A stretch of 64,000 nucleotides of DNA, taken from NCBI GenBank assembly GCA_028710695.1, contig JAQTTP010000001.1, positions 140,559 through 204,558 of the forward strand. The letters run 5' to 3'. The notes beneath the pieces are model-generated. The model did not search any database. It was not told the origin of the DNA and saw nothing but the letters and a program-made list of their open reading frames with translations. The stretch is from Candidatus Iainarchaeum sp. Lineage in GTDB: Archaea > Iainarchaeota > Iainarchaeia > Iainarchaeales > 0-14-0-20-30-16. Shown here in pieces: positions 18,775-27,746 of this stretch (position 1 is the first letter of the stretch; each line of letters opens with the position of its first letter). Both the position numbers and the translations under genes were made by a program.

Positions 18775-19245
18775 ATGACTAATCTGATTACAACTTCAAG
18801 AAAGCCAGGAAGAAACCTGAGAAAGTTTGTTAGGCAGGTTTGTCCAATCTTTAATACTAAATATTTTGTTAGAGGGAAAACATCAGTAAAAGAACTTGCA
18901 GAATATTTGGAGTATGAAGGATATGACAAGTTGATTGTTGTATCTGAATTTAAAGGAAATCCGGGATCTTTGATAATTTACACAAGCAAAAATGGATTTT
19001 TTAAACAAGAAAGAAAATACAAAATTACTTATTACAAGCTTTCTGAGAAGAAGATGCAGTTCCCTAAATATGAAATAGAATTGGAAGACAAAGAAAACAA
19101 AGACTTTTTCAAATATCTGGGGACAGAAAATGAAAAAGTAGACGCAAAGATAATTGATGATAAGGGAATAATAAAAATAAAAAAAGGAAAAGATACATAT
19201 CTGAGTTTTAAGGTAGAAAAAGTGGTGGAAAAATGCCTGAAATGA
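18775..19245 (+). CDS. Brix-domain ribosome biogenesis protein (Imp4 family)
   Basis: LITTSRKPGRNLRKFVRQ..RGKTSVKEL Brix N-terminus; conserved superoperon position. Confidence 0.7.
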   Translation: MTNLITTSRKPGRNLRKFVRQVCPIFNTKYFVRGKTSVKELAEYLEYEGYDKLIVVSEFKGNPGSLIIYTSKNGFFKQERKYKITYYKLSEKKMQFPKYEIELEDKENKDFFKYLGTENEKVDAKIIDDKGIIKIKKGKDTYLSFKVEKVVEKCLK

Positions 19246-19457
19246 AGATTTTTATAACTGAGAATTTTAAAGATATATATAAAATAATAACTCAGGAGAA
19301 AGAGATTAATAGTAGAACAAAAACTGAGTTCAACCTGAAGAAAGACGGGTTGGAGATAGTAACAAAAGCAAAAGATTATGTTGCTTTAAGAGCAAATATG
19401 AACTCTCTTTTGCAGAAGCTTGCATTAATAAATAATACTTATTCGGAGAAGAGGTGA
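19233..19457 (+). CDS. small alpha/beta protein at the Pcc1 (KEOPS) position of the superoperon
   Basis: 74 aa at the position where COG2892/Pcc1 sits in archaeal superoperons. Assigned by context; the sequence itself was not diagnostic. Confidence 0.4.
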   Translation: MPEMKIFITENFKDIYKIITQEKEINSRTKTEFNLKKDGLEIVTKAKDYVALRANMNSLLQKLALINNTYSEKR

Positions 19458-19464
19458 ATAATTT

Positions 19465-19818
19465 ATGGATCAAAAAGAAATAATGGAATTTAATAACTAT
19501 AGTAACCAGATGAATATGCTTAATGCTCAAACTATGAACATAAAAGGAATGATGGATAAAATAAAAGAAAACATAGATGAGTTAAATAAAAGCAAGGAAA
19601 CACATGGTTACAAGAATTTGGGATTAGTTTTGATAAAGAAACCAAAGGCAGATTTGGTAAAAGAGTTAGAAGAAACTAAAAAGTCTTTAGACTTGAGATT
19701 AAAGACTATTGATAAGCAAGAGAAGATTGTTTCAGCAAAGTTAGAAGAACTTAAAGCTAAGTTCGAGTTAGAACAAAAGAAACAAGAAAAAGATGCTGAA
19801 AAGAAGGATAAGAAATAA
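19465..19818 (+). CDS. pfdB: prefoldin beta subunit
   Basis: Coiled-coil/beta-hairpin/coiled-coil layout (GYKNLGLVLIKKPKADLVKELEE), about 117 aa. Confidence 0.75.
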   Translation: MDQKEIMEFNNYSNQMNMLNAQTMNIKGMMDKIKENIDELNKSKETHGYKNLGLVLIKKPKADLVKELEETKKSLDLRLKTIDKQEKIVSAKLEELKAKFELEQKKQEKDAEKKDKK

Positions 19819-19873
19819 TTAAGATAAGAGTTTAGAAGTAAGGTATATTAATCCCTTACTCTATTTTTATATT

Positions 19874-20665
19874 ATGCCTAGAAAACAGCCACAAAAAATT
19901 GCAACAAAAAAACAATATGTTGCCCCTAAATGTATAGAACTCAGGGGGAAAGATGTAAGTATTTGGCAGACTAAAGAACGTAGAGATATGGTTCAGTGGA
20001 AATTAGAAACTGATCCACCAGATATTGCTAGAAGGCGGTTGGCACTTCTTGCTAAAGGTACAAAAAAATGCCTTGGGCAAAAAAATGTGACTATTTTTGT
20101 GAAAAATGTAACTCAAAAAGAATTAGATATAATTGATAAGTTAAGGAAAGCTGGAATATTTACAGAAATGCCTTTTGATTTTAAATTAAAAACTGCCGGC
20201 GGTCGTGAACGTGGGCCAATGGGCTTTTTAAATGCTGGTGAATCTTTTGCCAAGGCTACGATAAGGGCAAATAATGCAAAATTAAGAGCCATGTTTATGC
20301 CAGTAGCTGACATTATTGGGCAGATGCATGCTTTAGGTGTAGAGCACGGGCATGTGACTACAAGCAACGTTCACATCCATAATGGGCGCTTGTGTTTAGT
20401 TGATTTTTCAATAGCTGAACAACACTTAGTTGACTGGAATTCTGTGGGTAGTATCTATAATGCATTTGTAAGAGATTATACTACTAGAATAACAAGAAGC
20501 AAAAGCCAATATGCAAATATGACTTTTTGTAAAGAATTTTTCAGAAGAATGATTTCTCATTATCCTACATCAGAACAAATAAAAAGTGAATTAATTAATA
20601 AACTGAATAATGATTTGGAAAATTATAGATCCAGGGATTTATTGCCTTATCATGGGCCATGTTAA
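19874..20665 (+). CDS. Bud32/PRPK-like atypical kinase-fold protein with altered catalytic loop
   Basis: HGHVTTSNVHIHNGRLCLVDFSIAE aligns with the Bud32 signature HGDLTTSN....IDFGL, with D->H and DFG->DFS changes. Elevated GC. Confidence 0.5.
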   Translation: MPRKQPQKIATKKQYVAPKCIELRGKDVSIWQTKERRDMVQWKLETDPPDIARRRLALLAKGTKKCLGQKNVTIFVKNVTQKELDIIDKLRKAGIFTEMPFDFKLKTAGGRERGPMGFLNAGESFAKATIRANNAKLRAMFMPVADIIGQMHALGVEHGHVTTSNVHIHNGRLCLVDFSIAEQHLVDWNSVGSIYNAFVRDYTTRITRSKSQYANMTFCKEFFRRMISHYPTSEQIKSELINKLNNDLENYRSRDLLPYHGPC

Positions 20666-20676
20666 TTTGTAAGTTT

Positions 20677-21417
20677 TTATATTTTTATTTCTGTTTTTTT
20701 ACAGTTATCTAGGACAATTAGTTTTGTATTTTTTAACTTCTCTGAAGCTCTTTCTTTGAGTTTATCCATATTTGTTTTTATTAGAGAAAATGTGTTGTAG
20801 TGCATAGGTATTGTTACTTTGGGTTCTGTTTTCCTCGCAAAAGCAACGAATTCAAAAATATCCATTGTGAAAACTCCTCCGCAAGGAAGGATTGCAATAT
20901 CTACTTTTACATCTATGTTTTGGTCGTAGGTATCACCTGCAAAATATATGTCTTTTTCTTGGTATTTTAATAAAAATCCAACACTATACTGGGATTGTGG
21001 GTGTTGTGCAGGAACTACGATAACATCCATATTTGCGACCTTTATTTTATCATCTATTTTTATTGTTCTTTTTTGTGAGTTTTCAAGATCTAATTGGTTT
21101 GTTACTAATGATGGTGCAATAACTGGGCAATTATCCCTTTTTGCTAAAAATTCAACTGCACCTTTGTCAAAGTGGTCAAAGTGCTCGTGGCTAATAAAAA
21201 TTGCATCTAGTTTTGGAATTGCTTCTTTTGTTATTTCTAATTTTTCTGCTGCCTCAAAATTATCTGGGGCATTGCTTCCAAAGAAAGGATCAAAAAGAAT
21301 TGTTTTGTCAAAGAAGTTAATTAGAATAAAGCTGTGCCAGTATTTTGTAATATAAATCTTGTCTTGTGTGCACTCCTCTACTTTTTTAGGCATTAACTTT
21401 TTTAGAAGTTGAACCAT
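20677..21417 (-). CDS. metallo-beta-lactamase-fold hydrolase
   Basis: HxHxDH motif FISHEHFDHF; start trimmed to ATG 21417. Confidence 0.7.
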   Translation of the reverse strand: MVQLLKKLMPKKVEECTQDKIYITKYWHSFILINFFDKTILFDPFFGSNAPDNFEAAEKLEITKEAIPKLDAIFISHEHFDHFDKGAVEFLAKRDNCPVIAPSLVTNQLDLENSQKRTIKIDDKIKVANMDVIVVPAQHPQSQYSVGFLLKYQEKDIYFAGDTYDQNIDVKVDIAILPCGGVFTMDIFEFVAFARKTEPKVTIPMHYNTFSLIKTNMDKLKERASEKLKNTKLIVLDNCKKTEIKI

Positions 21418-21677
21418 AAAATATATTGGATGGAATAGCTTTAAAAACAACTTAGTTAATAATTATCATACTATAATGCCTTTTTTCACCGTTTTTACCT
21501 TAAATTACTTCGAAAATAGCCTCCCAAAGCCCCCTTTGCCAAAAGGTAACTTTTTTAAAGCAATGTCCTTCTATAATAATATATCTAATCACAAAGCAAG
21601 TTTTTCCGAACCGAAACTTCTTTAAGATTAAGACATTTCATAAGATAATTGGATTTTTTGATAAAAGGTGAATAAAA

Positions 21678-22097
21678 ATGGTTAGTGTTTATGACGTACA
21701 TCACAGTAAGCTTATAGCTGCTGTGGCTAAAGAACTTAAGGAAAAGGTAGAAGCACCAAAGTTTACTGTTTTTGCAAAAACAGGAAAGATGAAAGAAAGG
21801 TCACCACAAGATATAGACTGGTACTACTCTAGATTGGCTGCTGTTTTTAGAAAGTTTTATGTAAAAGGAACAATAACAACAAATGTATTGACTATTCTTT
21901 ATGGTGGAAAGAAGAACTACGGAGTAGAGCCAGAGCACTTTTGTAAAGGATCTGGGGCTATAGCAAGACATTGTGTTCAGGATCTTGAGAAATTAGGCTA
22001 TTTAAAGAAAACAGATAAAGGAAGAACAATAACTCAAGCAGGTAGAACTTATTTGGATAAGGTGGCTTATACTATAATTAAGTCTGAGAAGAAGTGA
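21678..22097 (+). CDS. rps19e: ribosomal protein S19e
   Basis: DIDWYYSRLAAVFRKFY S19e signature. Confidence 0.85.
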   Translation: MVSVYDVHHSKLIAAVAKELKEKVEAPKFTVFAKTGKMKERSPQDIDWYYSRLAAVFRKFYVKGTITTNVLTILYGGKKNYGVEPEHFCKGSGAIARHCVQDLEKLGYLKKTDKGRTITQAGRTYLDKVAYTIIKSEKK

Positions 22098-22288
22098 TAA
22101 AGATGAAAGATTCAGGTATTAAGGAATATTTAATTTCACAAAGAAAGAAAATGAAAGCAGGAGTATCTGGTGCCCCAGTATGGGTTATGATGAAATCCGG
22201 AAAAAGAATCTGGAATAAAAAAGGAAAAAGACACTGGAGAAGAACTGAGTTTGGACACGAGTATGACCGAGTTATTGGGAAATACTAG
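22094..22288 (+). CDS. rpl39e: ribosomal protein L39e
   Basis: APVWVMMKSGKRIWNKKGKRHWRRT matches the L39e ..PVWV..K....HPKRR.WRRT core. Confidence 0.7.
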   Translation: MIKMKDSGIKEYLISQRKKMKAGVSGAPVWVMMKSGKRIWNKKGKRHWRRTEFGHEYDRVIGKY

Positions 22289-22306
22289 AACCAAAGGATT
22301 TAGGGT

Positions 22307-22729
22307 GTGATTATTGTGGTAGATACAAAGAATATTAAAGTTGGAATAAATGTAGTTGGAAAGCATAGAAAAAGAAGAGCAACATTTGCAATTAGATTTT
22401 TAAGAAAAGAAATCGAAAAGCACTTGAGAACTAAAGATTATGCTTTAGACAACAGCGTAAACAGTTTTGTTTGGAAAAGAGGAAAAGCAGAAAGCCCAAC
22501 ACAAGTTGATATGACTGTTTTAATGGAAAAAGTGCCAAGACTATTTTTGGCAAACTCTCCAGAGCTGAAAGCTTACTTAGAAAAAGGTAAAGAAAAGAAG
22601 GAAGCTAAAGAGAAGAAAGCAGAGCCAAAGAAAGAAGATAAAAAAGAAGAAGTAAAGAAAGAGCCTGCAAAAGAAGATGCTAAACCAAAAGTAAAAGCCC
22701 CTAAAAAAGAAGCAAAGAAGAAAGAATAA
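22307..22729 (+). CDS. rpl31e: ribosomal protein L31e with K/E-rich C-terminal tail
   Basis: KRRATFAIRFLRKEIEKHL...LDNSVNSFVWKRG L31e core. Confidence 0.8.
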   Translation: MIIVVDTKNIKVGINVVGKHRKRRATFAIRFLRKEIEKHLRTKDYALDNSVNSFVWKRGKAESPTQVDMTVLMEKVPRLFLANSPELKAYLEKGKEKKEAKEKKAEPKKEDKKEEVKKEPAKEDAKPKVKAPKKEAKKKE

Positions 22730-22798
22730 GGGCGTTAAATTAAGGCAAGTAGGTGTTGTGACAAATTTTTTTGTCGCAGCCTCTTTTTTGTGATATTT

Positions 22799-23458
22799 AT
22801 GATTATAAAGAAGACTAATTTTAAGTCATATACAACAATAGGAATTTTTTGTTCAATTTCAGAGAACATTGCACTATTGCCATTGGATGCATCTGCTAAG
22901 TTTGAAGGAATAATAAAAGATGTCTTTGGGGTTGAGGTAATAAAAACAAGCCTTGGGGAAACAAACTTGCTTGGAAGCCTTTCAAAAATATATGGTAAGA
23001 AAGCGATTGTATCTAATATTACAACAGATAAAGAGATTAAGTATTTAGAAGACCTTGGATTGAAAACTTTGAGATTGAATGCTTACCACGCAGTTGGGAA
23101 TTTGATTTCAGTAAATAAAAATGCAGCTTTATTGAGCAAAATAATAAGTGATGCAGATAATAAAAAAATATCAAAGTTCTATTCTTTGGATTTTGATTCT
23201 TTTAATGTTGCAGGAACAGATTTAGTTGGGAGTGTTTTAGCTACAACTGACGAGGCTTTTGCAGTAAGTTCTAGTGTTAGTGAAAAAGATTTTGAAAAAA
23301 TAAAAAACTTGTTTAAAGTTGATGGAAATGTTGCAACTGTAAATTATGGTGACGGGTTTGTTTCAAATGGGTTGCTAGTTAATACTAAAGGTTTAATAGT
23401 TGGTGAAAAGACAACTGGATATGAAATAATGAGATTGGATGAAATCTTTAGAAAATGA
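22799..23458 (+). CDS. eif6: translation initiation factor 6
   Basis: Pentein repeats, with GNLISVN and GNVATVN lines; conserved position after rpl31e. Confidence 0.8.
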   Translation: MIIKKTNFKSYTTIGIFCSISENIALLPLDASAKFEGIIKDVFGVEVIKTSLGETNLLGSLSKIYGKKAIVSNITTDKEIKYLEDLGLKTLRLNAYHAVGNLISVNKNAALLSKIISDADNKKISKFYSLDFDSFNVAGTDLVGSVLATTDEAFAVSSSVSEKDFEKIKNLFKVDGNVATVNYGDGFVSNGLLVNTKGLIVGEKTTGYEIMRLDEIFRK

Positions 23459-23474
23459 TATTTGAGGTGGGATT

Positions 23475-23945
23475 ATGGCTGATACTAAGGAAACTAAAAA
23501 ACCAGAAAAACAAGTAAGACAAATACAAATGACTCCAGAAATGGCAAAGAATATAGTCAAGATAAGTAGACAGAATTTGAATAAAGTATTACAAAGAAAA
23601 GCACAAGTTGAACAAGGAATTCTTGGTTTGGATGCAACTTTGGCTAATGTTGATGCTCTACAAAATAACACTGATGAGCAAGGAATGATAAATTTGGGAA
23701 ATGGGGTGTTTGTTTCATTAAAATTCCCTGAAAACACAAAGAAAGCATTATTCCAAATTGGAAACGATATTTTAATAGATAAAGAGTTTTCAGAAATAAA
23801 GAAAGTATTGGATTCAAAGAGATTGAATTTACAAAAAGAATATGAATTTTTAATAAAACAAGAAGGAGAATTAACAGAAAATTTGAATAAGCTTTATTTC
23901 TACCTTTCAAATGTTGAAAAAGCAGTAAAAGAAGCAAAGAAGTAA
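23475..23945 (+). CDS. pfdA: prefoldin alpha subunit
   Basis: 156 aa with two beta-hairpins between coiled coils (GNGVFVSLKF..); conserved position before ftsY. Confidence 0.75.
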   Translation: MADTKETKKPEKQVRQIQMTPEMAKNIVKISRQNLNKVLQRKAQVEQGILGLDATLANVDALQNNTDEQGMINLGNGVFVSLKFPENTKKALFQIGNDILIDKEFSEIKKVLDSKRLNLQKEYEFLIKQEGELTENLNKLYFYLSNVEKAVKEAKK

Positions 23946-23971
23946 AATAGAAAGATCTGCGGGGCGGAGAA

Positions 23972-25225
23972 ATGTTCAAGTTGCTTAAGTCTGCATTTTC
24001 AAAAGTTGCAGACGTATTAAAATCAAAAAAAGAAGTTATAGAAACTCCTGCAGAAAAACCAGAAGAAACAAAGGTTGTTCCAAAAGAAGAACCTAAGCAA
24101 GAAATAAAGGCGGAACAAAAGAAAGAAGAAATAGTTAAAGCAGTAAAAGAAATAAAAAAAGAAAAGGAAAAACCAAAACAAAAAGAAATAAAGCCAAAGG
24201 AAGAACCTAAAGAGCAAAAGGTAGAAGAACCAAAAACAGAAAACAAAGACAAACCACAACTAAACAAAGAAGAGCCAACTCAAACCAAAGCAAAGGAAAA
24301 ACAGGATAAAGTTGTTGACAACCTACATGGCAGCAAAGAAAAAGAACTAGTTTCTGCCCCTTCTTTTAAAACAAAATTAAAATCTCTTTTTTCTGAAAAA
24401 ATATCTTTATCTGAAAATGATTTAAAAGATATAAAAGAAAAGTTTGAAATTGTTCTATTGCAAAGTGATTTTTCTGTTGAAATACTTGATTCTATTTTAA
24501 ATAATTTTATTGGAAAATTGAAGTTAGGAATTGAAAAGAAAAAGAATCTAGATTCTGAAATAAAAGAAAAATTCTTAGAAACTCTATTTGAGTTAGTTAC
24601 TTTAGATAAAGGTACATTATTTTCATTATCTGCAAAACCAGCAAAGATACTATTCGTTGGCCCAAATGGTTGCGGAAAAACAACAACTATTGCAAAGCTT
24701 GCAAAGATGATTTTAGATAACAAAAAGAGCGTTGTAATGGCAGCAGGCGATACTTTTAGGGCGGCATCTATAGAGCAGTTGAAAGAACATGCAAATAATT
24801 TAAAAGTACCAATTATTGCAGGGAATTATGGTAGTGACCCAACTTCTATTGCTTTTGATGCTGTAACTTTTGCAAAAAATAAAAATATTGATTATGTTTT
24901 AATTGATACTGCGGGAAGACAAGAAACAAATTCTTCTTTAATGAATGAACTAAAGAAAATGAAAAGAGTAATAAATCCAGATTTAGTGATTTATGTTGCA
25001 GAATCTATTGCTGGGCAGGCAGTTGTAAACCAAGTTAAGGAATTTGAAAAAGAAATTGGAGTTAATGCCTTTATTATTACAAAAGCAGACGTAGATTCAA
25101 AAGGCGGGACAGCTTTTTCTCTTAATATTTTCTTTAAGAAGCCAATATTATTCTTAGGAACTGGGCAAGGATATAAAGATTTAGTTCTATTTGAAAAAGA
25201 TGCTTTACAAGGTTTATTTGAGTGA
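23972..25225 (+). CDS. ftsY: signal recognition particle receptor FtsY
   Basis: K/E-rich N-terminal acidic domain. NG domain with LFVGPNGCGKTTTIAKLA (G1) and DTAGRQ (G3). Confidence 0.9.
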   Translation: MFKLLKSAFSKVADVLKSKKEVIETPAEKPEETKVVPKEEPKQEIKAEQKKEEIVKAVKEIKKEKEKPKQKEIKPKEEPKEQKVEEPKTENKDKPQLNKEEPTQTKAKEKQDKVVDNLHGSKEKELVSAPSFKTKLKSLFSEKISLSENDLKDIKEKFEIVLLQSDFSVEILDSILNNFIGKLKLGIEKKKNLDSEIKEKFLETLFELVTLDKGTLFSLSAKPAKILFVGPNGCGKTTTIAKLAKMILDNKKSVVMAAGDTFRAASIEQLKEHANNLKVPIIAGNYGSDPTSIAFDAVTFAKNKNIDYVLIDTAGRQETNSSLMNELKKMKRVINPDLVIYVAESIAGQAVVNQVKEFEKEIGVNAFIITKADVDSKGGTAFSLNIFFKKPILFLGTGQGYKDLVLFEKDALQGLFE

Positions 25226-25229
25226 TTTT

Positions 25230-25754
25230 ATGCTAATTGTTTTTAGGTATGGGCATAGGGCCTTTAGAGATATAAGGGTTACAACCCATTGTGCTCTTGT
25301 TTCGAGAGTTTTTGGAGCAGATAAGTTAGTTTACTATGGGCAAAGAGATGACTCTTTTGAAAAATCCTTACAAAAAACAGTTGGACAATGGGGTGGAAAG
25401 TTTAAAGTAGAATATGCTGAAGACTTTGTTGATTACCTGACAAAAAAGAAAGAAGAAGGATTTAAAATAGTCCACCTTACCATGTTTGGAGTAAATCTTC
25501 CTGATTTTGAGCCTTATTTTAAAAAACTGAGAAAAGAAAAAAAGATTCTTATTTTTGTGGGCGCAGAGAAAGTTCCTGGAGAAGTTTACAAAATTGCAGA
25601 TTACAATGTTGCTGTTGGGAATCAGCCACACTCTGAGATTGCTGCTTTGGCTGTATTTTTGGACAGGCTTCAAGAAGGTAAGGAACTTAAGAAAAAATAT
25701 CCAGGGGCAAAAACAAAAATAAAAAACGGTTTTAGGAATACTTTAAAAGAATAA
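25230..25754 (+). CDS. tRNA (cytidine56-2'-O)-methyltransferase aTrm56 (SPOUT)
   Basis: LIVFRYGHRAFRDIRVTTHCALVSRVFGADKL matches the aTrm56 N-terminus (VLRLGHRPxRDKRVTTHVALTARAFGA); about 175 aa. Confidence 0.7.
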   Translation: MLIVFRYGHRAFRDIRVTTHCALVSRVFGADKLVYYGQRDDSFEKSLQKTVGQWGGKFKVEYAEDFVDYLTKKKEEGFKIVHLTMFGVNLPDFEPYFKKLRKEKKILIFVGAEKVPGEVYKIADYNVAVGNQPHSEIAALAVFLDRLQEGKELKKKYPGAKTKIKNGFRNTLKE

Positions 25755-25802
25755 AATATAAAAGTAGGGCAAGAATCGCCCTAGTTAGGCAAAGAAATTG
25801 GT

Positions 25803-25976
25803 TCATGCCTTTCTTAGTTCTCTGAACACAGTCATATTTGAGATTCCTAAAGCGCTTGCTATGTCTCTAGTACTAAAACCATCAGCATATAGAGAACAAA
25901 TTAGGTCTGTTCTAGAATTGTCCTTCAGAGTGATGCCAACAATATGAATTAGCTCCTTCTGCGAAATATCTTGATA
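25803..25976 (-). pseudogene. degenerate fragment encoding a resolvase/transposase-type HTH with no usable start
   Basis: Minus-strand frame reads ..ELIHIVGITLKDNSRTDLICSLYADGFSTRDIASALGISNMTVFRELRKA* with no ATG/GTG/TTG start. An overlapping short ATG ORF lies in another frame. The region sits in an otherwise empty intergenic gap. Confidence 0.45.
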
Positions 25977-26110
25977 TTAAATTCTTGTTACTCATGATTG
26001 CATCACCCTCCGTATACATAAAATATGAAGAATATGGGGCTACAAAGGTTTTTAAATGGGTGTAACTGGGGTTACGCAGGCTTTTAAAAGAAATCACTCT
26101 GGATTTAAGT

Positions 26111-26761
26111 ATGAACAAATTCATCTTTGACATGGACGGGACTCTGTATAATTTCAAAGATGCTATTCCTGGAAAGTTTTATGATACCGGTTTTTACAGT
26201 GATTTAAAAAAGAACATCTATTCTTATCTTGGAGAAAAAATGGGTTTTAATAGAGAAAGAATTGATAAAGAACTGGCTGTTGCGGTCAGAGACTTTAATG
26301 GGGAATATAGTTTATATTTTGAAAAAGTCCACGGGATAGACAGGTATGAGTATTTAAGTAAAGTATTTAGCTTGGATCCTGAAAAGCATATAGTAAAAAC
26401 AAAAGGACTTCCAGAGTTTTATGCTAAGATTAAGGACAGATCATTAATACTAACCACTGCGCCAAAATCCTGGGCAAAAAAGGTATTAACTTATTTAGAA
26501 ATAGTGGACTATGTTGGTGATAATTTAATAACTGGGGAACCAGATATTAGAAAGCCAAATCCTCTTGTATTTATTAATGCTCTAAAAATGCTTAAATCTG
26601 AACCAGAAAATACTTATTCTATTGGAGATCAAGAACATTCAGATATAATTCCCGCAAAGAATATTGGGATAAAAACAATAATTGTTGGAAAAAGTAAATC
26701 TGCAGATTACGAAGTTAAGGATACAAAAGAATTGATGAAACTGGTCGAGGAACTGTTATGA
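26111..26761 (+). CDS. HAD-superfamily hydrolase (nucleotidase/phosphatase-like)
   Basis: Motif I FIFDMDGTLYNF; motif III/IV (K..GDQEHSD). Confidence 0.75.
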   Translation: MNKFIFDMDGTLYNFKDAIPGKFYDTGFYSDLKKNIYSYLGEKMGFNRERIDKELAVAVRDFNGEYSLYFEKVHGIDRYEYLSKVFSLDPEKHIVKTKGLPEFYAKIKDRSLILTTAPKSWAKKVLTYLEIVDYVGDNLITGEPDIRKPNPLVFINALKMLKSEPENTYSIGDQEHSDIIPAKNIGIKTIIVGKSKSADYEVKDTKELMKLVEELL

Positions 26762-27666
26762 AAAAAATAATAATTGACACGGATCCAGGACATGATGACG
26801 CCTTAGCAATAATGCTTGCAGAAAAAAGTCGGATGTTTGATATTCTTGCAATTACTACTGTTGCAGGAAATACAACAATTGAAAAAACAACAAGAAATGC
26901 AAAATATGTTTTAGATCTTTTGGATTCAAAAATCCCTCTATACTCTGGATCCGAAAAGCCAATAAAAAGAGAATTAATAAAAGCAGTAGTGCATGGGGAA
27001 AGTGGACTTGCGGGAATAGATCCAGAAGGGGAAGTAGAACTAACAAATAATGCAGTGGATATGATTTTAAAATTAGTAAAAGAAAATCCTGAAGAAATAA
27101 CTTTAGTAACTTTGGGCCCTTTGACAAATATTGCAAGGGCAATTCAGAGAGATCCAGATGTTATGAAAAAAGTAGTAGAAATTGTGGCTATGGGCGGAGC
27201 AATAAAAGTTCCTGGAAACAAAAACAGGGTTGCAGAATTTAATTTTTTTGTAGATCCCGAAGCAGCAGATATTGTGTTTAGATTTCCTGTGAAAAAAACA
27301 ATTGTGCCTTTAGATGCTTGTAATAGGATTAAATTGTCTTTAGATGATTTCAAGAAAATAAAAAACCAAAAAATACGGGGGCCAGTTTTGAAAATGATGG
27401 GCCCGTACATAGAAAATATAACTGCGGATGCAGGCGTGAGAGGGGCATTAATGTATGATCCTCTGACTGTATATTATTTGATTAACCCTGACTCCGCAAA
27501 AACTAAAATCTACGATTTAGTAATTGAGACTAAGGGTGAGTTTACAAGTGGGATGTGTGTTCTAGAATTGAGAAAAAGGGTAAAGAAAGAAAAAAACATT
27601 CTAGTTGTAGAAAAAATTAATAGAGAAAGTTTTAAGAAAGATTTTATTGAGATTCTTGGACGATAG
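26758..27666 (+). CDS. inosine-uridine-preferring nucleoside hydrolase family protein
   Basis: IIIDTDPGHDDALAI is the N-terminal DxDxxxDD Ca-binding signature; 4-nt overlap with the HAD gene. Confidence 0.8.
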   Translation: MKKIIIDTDPGHDDALAIMLAEKSRMFDILAITTVAGNTTIEKTTRNAKYVLDLLDSKIPLYSGSEKPIKRELIKAVVHGESGLAGIDPEGEVELTNNAVDMILKLVKENPEEITLVTLGPLTNIARAIQRDPDVMKKVVEIVAMGGAIKVPGNKNRVAEFNFFVDPEAADIVFRFPVKKTIVPLDACNRIKLSLDDFKKIKNQKIRGPVLKMMGPYIENITADAGVRGALMYDPLTVYYLINPDSAKTKIYDLVIETKGEFTSGMCVLELRKRVKKEKNILVVEKINRESFKKDFIEILGR

Positions 27667-27746
27667 GTTTAGATGAAACAAATAATTTTAAAGGTTCGTA
27701 ACAAATGTTACAGTTCATTAAATGCCTTTTCTGCCTTGAAAGAGGT

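Noticed and set aside
24023-24259. Antisense ORFs inside the ftsY K/E-rich region (also 18311-18687 inside rpl37ae, 23644-24267)
   Set aside because: Poly-Lys/Glu coding (AAG/GAA runs) produces long open antisense frames rich in Phe/Leu/Ser. They are typical shadow ORFs, not genes.
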